From positions 72,682-136,681 of the forward strand of contig CDMY01000280.1 in NCBI GenBank assembly GCA_001179505.1: 64,000 nucleotides of DNA. The letters are read 5' to 3'. The position numbers and the translations under genes are program-made. The notes beneath the pieces were generated by a model. The model had not been told where the DNA came from. It ran no database searches and worked only from the letters and a program-made list of their open reading frames with translations. The DNA comes from Vitrella brassicaformis CCMP3155. Taxonomy: Eukaryota > Protista > Chromerida. Positions 59,898 to 64,000 of this stretch are shown here, one piece after another (position 1 is the stretch's first letter; each line of letters begins with the position of its first letter).

Positions 59898-62100
59898 GCT
59901 GATGGACGGGTCTTTGCATCCCAGGCCTCATCCAGCCAAGGTCCCAGACGACTACCACTGCAAGTGTTCCTCCGAGAGAACGTCATGCTTATCCTTCTGG
60001 GCGCCTTTGCAGCACGTAAGCAACAGCATGCATCTTACCATCTTCACGCCATCATTATGTTTCTCTCTGCTCCCGATGCAATGTGCAGTGACCGACTGGT
60101 TCTCCTTCTGGGAGATGAGTATTGACGTGCCCTCTCAATACACCGTCCCCTTCCTGTCCAAGCGACTTCTTCTCGCATCTGCCTCTGTCTCTACGGCTCT
60201 GCTCGTCCTCAAATGGTGCCTGGAGTACGTCCAAATGAATGCCACACTGGTACGCAAAGAAGACGTCTTCACGTGAGCAGTTCGCTGACGACTTGTGCAT
60301 TGCGGTTGCTCAGGTGCAGCGCAAAAAGGGACAATCGGGTGACATCGAGTTGAGTGGACGCTCCCGTCTCATCGACTCGGGCGTGGACTCTCAGGCAGCG
60401 ACCCCGCGAGGGCCGTCTCCCACGGCACCCATCATCACTCGCTTCCACCGGCCCCCCCCTCCTCGATGGCTGGTCAGGATGATCACGGTGCTGAGCGGCA
60501 TCTCTGTCCTCAATGATATCATCGACTTCATCAACGTCGTGATCATTCTTCATGCCATCGGCAACCTCCGAAGCCACGCGATAGGAATACTCATTAGCAA
60601 TCTCTCCTTGAATCTGCTGAATGCCATCGCCTCAGCCTACAAGGCAATGGGATTCGAAGCCTCCCAGCTGGCCCAAATCATACCCGAGGATCCGGAACAG
60701 ACCGTCAGGCTCTTTGCGGTCATTGGGCTTTGTGCTCCTTCTGGGGTGGTCGGTGCTCTTTGTGCTTATTGGGGGTGGAGTTGGATTGGGGGCTTCTTTC
60801 GGTGGTCTTCCATCATGCTGATGCTGTTTCTCCTTTCCATGCTCATGCTGGCTTGCTTGCTCGGCTGCGCAACCTGCTTGATAGAGGTGATGCCAGGGGC
60901 TCACCTCTTCCACTACCACCGATTGGGTCTTCTGCATGTGCTGATCGCAGAGCTTGTCTCCACGACCACCGCGTGGATTACTTTCTTTACGATTGCGGTG
61001 GTCAACAAGGGAGTCCCCACATGGCTTTGGCGCCTCTACTTTCTCTGGCCCGTCACAGAGACCTGGCTCCTTTACCCTTCTCTTCTCACCATGCTTGAGG
61101 CCAAAGTTGATGCCAGAGCCCAACTGATGTTCGGATGGGCTCGTCTCTCCAGCATACTCTGCGAAGACCTTCTCGGCCTGATATGCAATGTCCTTTTCCT
61201 CTGCTATCCCACTTACCAGCTGCAGCTGCTTCCACTTGCCAACATCATTTTGACGGTGGCAGTCATCGGTTGTCATCTGACTAGAGAGCTTACGGCACTT
61301 CAACACATCGAACTCATCGACCGCATCGATCAAATTCGGAAGGGATACATCAAATGGAAAAGCATGAGGCAGCGGATGTACGACTTTTTCGGTGTCCGTT
61401 ACCAAGAAGGGACAGCTGATGCTCTGGTGGCTGTCAAGAGGCTTCTCGACGGTGGCGCAGATCCAAACACGGCAAACGGAGAGCCTCTTTATCGCGCAGT
61501 GATGGCCGAGACAGAGACCGACAGCAGCGACCGCTGGGTGTGGGATGCTAAAGGCAGAGTAGCTACTCGAATATACAACACTGTGGAGCTGCTGTTGGAG
61601 GCCGGGGGAGACCCCAATCTTCGCAACCTTTTCGACGAAGTGTTCACCGGGGGGATAAGCGCAAAGAGACGGATGCCACACAGGTTCACACACATGGCCT
61701 GACTGGGTGCCATGTTTGTGCAGGTAAAACAGCCGGAGCTGCAGCATGTTGCCGCCCTCCTCAAAGCCAATGGGGCTCGACATTCGGACGACTACTATAA
61801 ATACGGCGGCCACACCTCTCAGCCACGCTACGCTGCCCCTTCGACGCGGCCCAAGGGTTGGTGACAAGAATTCGTACGACAAAGAAGATTTAAAATGATT
61901 GCAGTCGAGATGAGAAAGATGAGTGTGATGCCTATGTTTTTCTGCAGCCTGATCAAGAGCGAAATCAGGAGCCAGAGCGACGCGAGGAAATCAGGAAAGA
62001 GCTAGAGGATGGAGAGCAAGTTTTGGAAGCGAATTTCAAGACCCTCACCGAGGCAGTTAGTGCACAAGCAGCCGGCGGTGAGGTATTGATAAGCTGGTGA
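59898..62100 (+). CDS. Module F: terminal multi-TM + ankyrin module with degenerate 3' end
   Basis: Large exon in ORF 60239-61702. The usual gtgagt donor is replaced by GAAGTGttcacc; in-frame TGA at 61862-61864; orphan terminal exon about 61951-62100 ending AAGGEVLISW*. Confidence 0.7.
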
Positions 62101-62326
62101 CACCCGATTCTCATCATGCGAGGTGGCGCACAGCCGATGTGACCGCACGATTGGTGCATGAGAAGTGGACTTGCGGGTGTCTCTGTAGGTTTTATATTTT
62201 GTATGTGTGTATGACCCCATATGTGAACGGATCATGCGAGAGAAACTTGCATTAAGCATAACACTCGTCTGTGTGTCCGTGATACTCATAAACATACAGT
62301 CCCATGAGCACGCAGAGTCAAAACGC

Positions 62327-64000
62327 TCACGGGGAGGAGGGATTAATCCCAGCCCCATCAGCACACCCCAGTCCCGCAAACCCTCCCCTCCCTCCCCCAC
62401 GCAGACGATAGCTAGTCGCACGCGCGAGGGCGATAGACAAGCGAAAGCGAATCCATCCAGACACATGACTGAACCCCCGATCCTTCCACCCCTCCTTCTC
62501 CAACAGCGCATGAGCCATGTGGGCGATGAACACATTAACATCGTGTCCCCACACACCGTCNNNNNNNNNNNNNNNNNNNNNNNNNNNNNNNNNNNNNNNN
62601 NNNNNNNNNNNNNNNNNNNNNNNNNNNNNNNNNNNNNNNNNNNNNNNNNNNNNNNNNNNNNNNNNNNNNNNNNNNNNNNNNNNNNNNNNNNNNNNNNNNN
62701 NNNNNNNNNNNNNNNNNNNNNNNNNNNNNNNNNNNNNNNNNNNNNNNNNNNNNNNNNNNNNNNNNNNNNNNNNNNNNNNNNNNNNNNNNNNNNNNNNNNN
62801 NNNNNNNNNNNNNNNNNNNNNNNNNNNNNNNNNNNNNNNNNNNNNNNNNNNNNNNNNNNNCATCTCCCGACGCACACCAGCGTCCCCCCACGCCATCCCA
62901 ATCAGCTCGGCAAAAGTGTCCCGCAGCTCGTTATGGCGACGAATCACCAGGCCGTACCGCTTGCAGCACAGCGCATGGTCGACGGTGAGGGGCTGGTTGC
63001 AGTGCTCGCAGCGTGCAGCGAGGCCAGGGGGGTGACGGCCGTATCGCATGTTGAGGGCATCTCGAAACTCCGCAGCATCAAGACCAGTGTTGTTGTCTGT
63101 CGATGGGAGGGTGGTCAGCCAGCCGGACGTCTTGTATTCGGCACTGCGGGAGAGGACGCGATGGCGCCGGCGGTCGATGTGTGGTAAGGCGGCCTCCCTC
63201 TTGGTCTTGTGGGCGACGTCCTGCTGCTGCTTGCTCCGGGTGAGGGCGTGGCGGATGGTGGCACGATGGTCGCCAGGGTGGAAGGGAGCCTTGCCTTGGA
63301 CGGCCTTGTAGACCACCTTGGTGCTCGCGCGGGAAGCGGGGTAGGCGGCGGCGGCACGGTCGAGAGGGTCACGTATGCCGGTGCCGCCAAAGCGGGCAGG
63401 CAGCAGCATCGAGTCGACCTCGGATGGCGTCACAGGGCCGCCGAAGAAAGCCGGCAGCAGCTCGTTGGCGATGGCCTCGCGGAGGGGGCTGAGAGTGCAC
63501 TCGTCGGTGAGCACGACACGAAAGACGTAGTCCCACTTCATCAGCAGAGACCTCGTCATTGCCGCGTGGGCCGTGTGCGGGAAGTTGCGGGCAGCAGACG
63601 CAAGCGCGCGCACGCCGTGCACCCACCCCTCGACCTTCTGGCCGAGGAACGCCGCCCTCCCCCCCTCATCGCCCACGTAGCCGCCCAGAAACCTCTTGCC
63701 CGTGACGATCTGCACCCTTTCGGGCTCGAAGAGCTCCCTTGCGATCTGCTCGAGCTTGGGTTTGACGACGAGGAAGGACTTGGCGGTCTCTGGGTGATAG
63801 GCGTATGAGGGACCGATGCGATGCAGGGCTCGAAACCACACGAGTATGCCGTGAAGTTTGCCGAGCGCCGATGAGTCATCTGCATACCAGCACTGCCGCA
63901 GCGAAGCGCCAGATGAAGAGGCCGACGAGGCCGACGAACTCTCTCTGTCCTCCTCACCAACTCCAACACCTTCTACATCAGAACACACACATACACCCGC
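62327..64000 (-). mobile_element. Non-LTR retrotransposon ORF (reverse transcriptase C-terminal part, CCHC-like knuckle, probable restriction-like endonuclease); interrupted by gap and window edge
   Basis: QCWYADDSS (RT YADD), GPSYAYHPETAKS, GKRFLGGYVG, LLPARFGGTGI, SGWLTTLP...FRDALNMRYG, CEHCNQPLTVDHALCCKRYG...RHNELRD, then RFRLSIALARAT after the gap. This is typical of RLE-type (CRE/R2-related) LINEs. Confidence 0.88.
62561..62860. other. Assembly gap (300 N) within the retroelement
   Basis: 300 N. Continuity of the ORF across it is unverified. Confidence 0.95.

Larger units (their letters stand above)
49442..62100 (+). repeat. Head-to-tail tandem array of six multi-TM/ankyrin modules (periods about 2122, 2035, 1534, 2438, 2327, 2170 bp)
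   Basis: Near-identical recurring blocks, e.g. tcctccgagaaaac...ctgggcgccttcgcagcacgtaagc and ctcgtcctcaaatggtgcctggagtacgtccaaatgaatgccacactggtacgca, including conserved short introns. Confidence 0.95.

Noticed and set aside
49795-62000. Recurrent antisense and alternate-frame ORFs in the arrays (MAFSRFKERLL..., MHKSSAKC..., MASGVADG..., 60632-61882)
   Set aside because: Shadows of the duplicated coding strand; their conservation follows from DNA duplication.
49442-62100. CRISPR-like array
   Set aside because: Units are about 2 kb spliced coding modules in a eukaryote; no short repeat-spacer structure or cas genes.
49442-64000. Diversity-generating-retroelement interpretation (variable repeats plus adjacent RT)
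   Set aside because: The RT is LINE-type, there is no template/variable repeat pair or adenine-specific pattern, and the variation includes indels and block swaps typical of recombination.

Overview
Intron-rich, GC-rich eukaryotic DNA with (GT)n/(CA)n, (GTCT)n and (GGAT)n-filled introns and ApiAP2-like remnants. By inference it is a chromerid alga such as Vitrella brassicaformis. Three 300-N scaffold gaps are present. Recognisable genes, left to right: the 3' part of a 1,3-beta-glucan (callose/FKS) synthase; a NIPA/DMT-like transporter; a SAP + LOTUS-like protein; a BTB protein; kinetochore NDC80; an importin-alpha-like ARM protein; a decayed duplicated ApiAP2-like locus; several membrane proteins; a CASTOR/POLLUX-like channel with a possible plastid presequence; eIF3d; and a non-LTR retrotransposon RT/endonuclease ORF at the right edge. 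The most striking feature is a family of about 1.5-2.4 kb modules, each encoding roughly 10 hydrophobic helices plus ankyrin repeats plus a coiled-coil linker. They form two divergently oriented tandem arrays: 2 modules on the minus strand (24.56-28.96 kb) and 6 on the plus strand (49.44-62.10 kb). At four junctions the end of one module runs in frame, without stop or intron, into the first exon of the next, so the arrays look like concatemeric giant membrane proteins rather than separate genes. The modules have hypervariable, mosaic segments and a visible unequal-crossover scar. Exon structures were hand-derived; many ORF-track starts are GTG/TTG rather than ATG.
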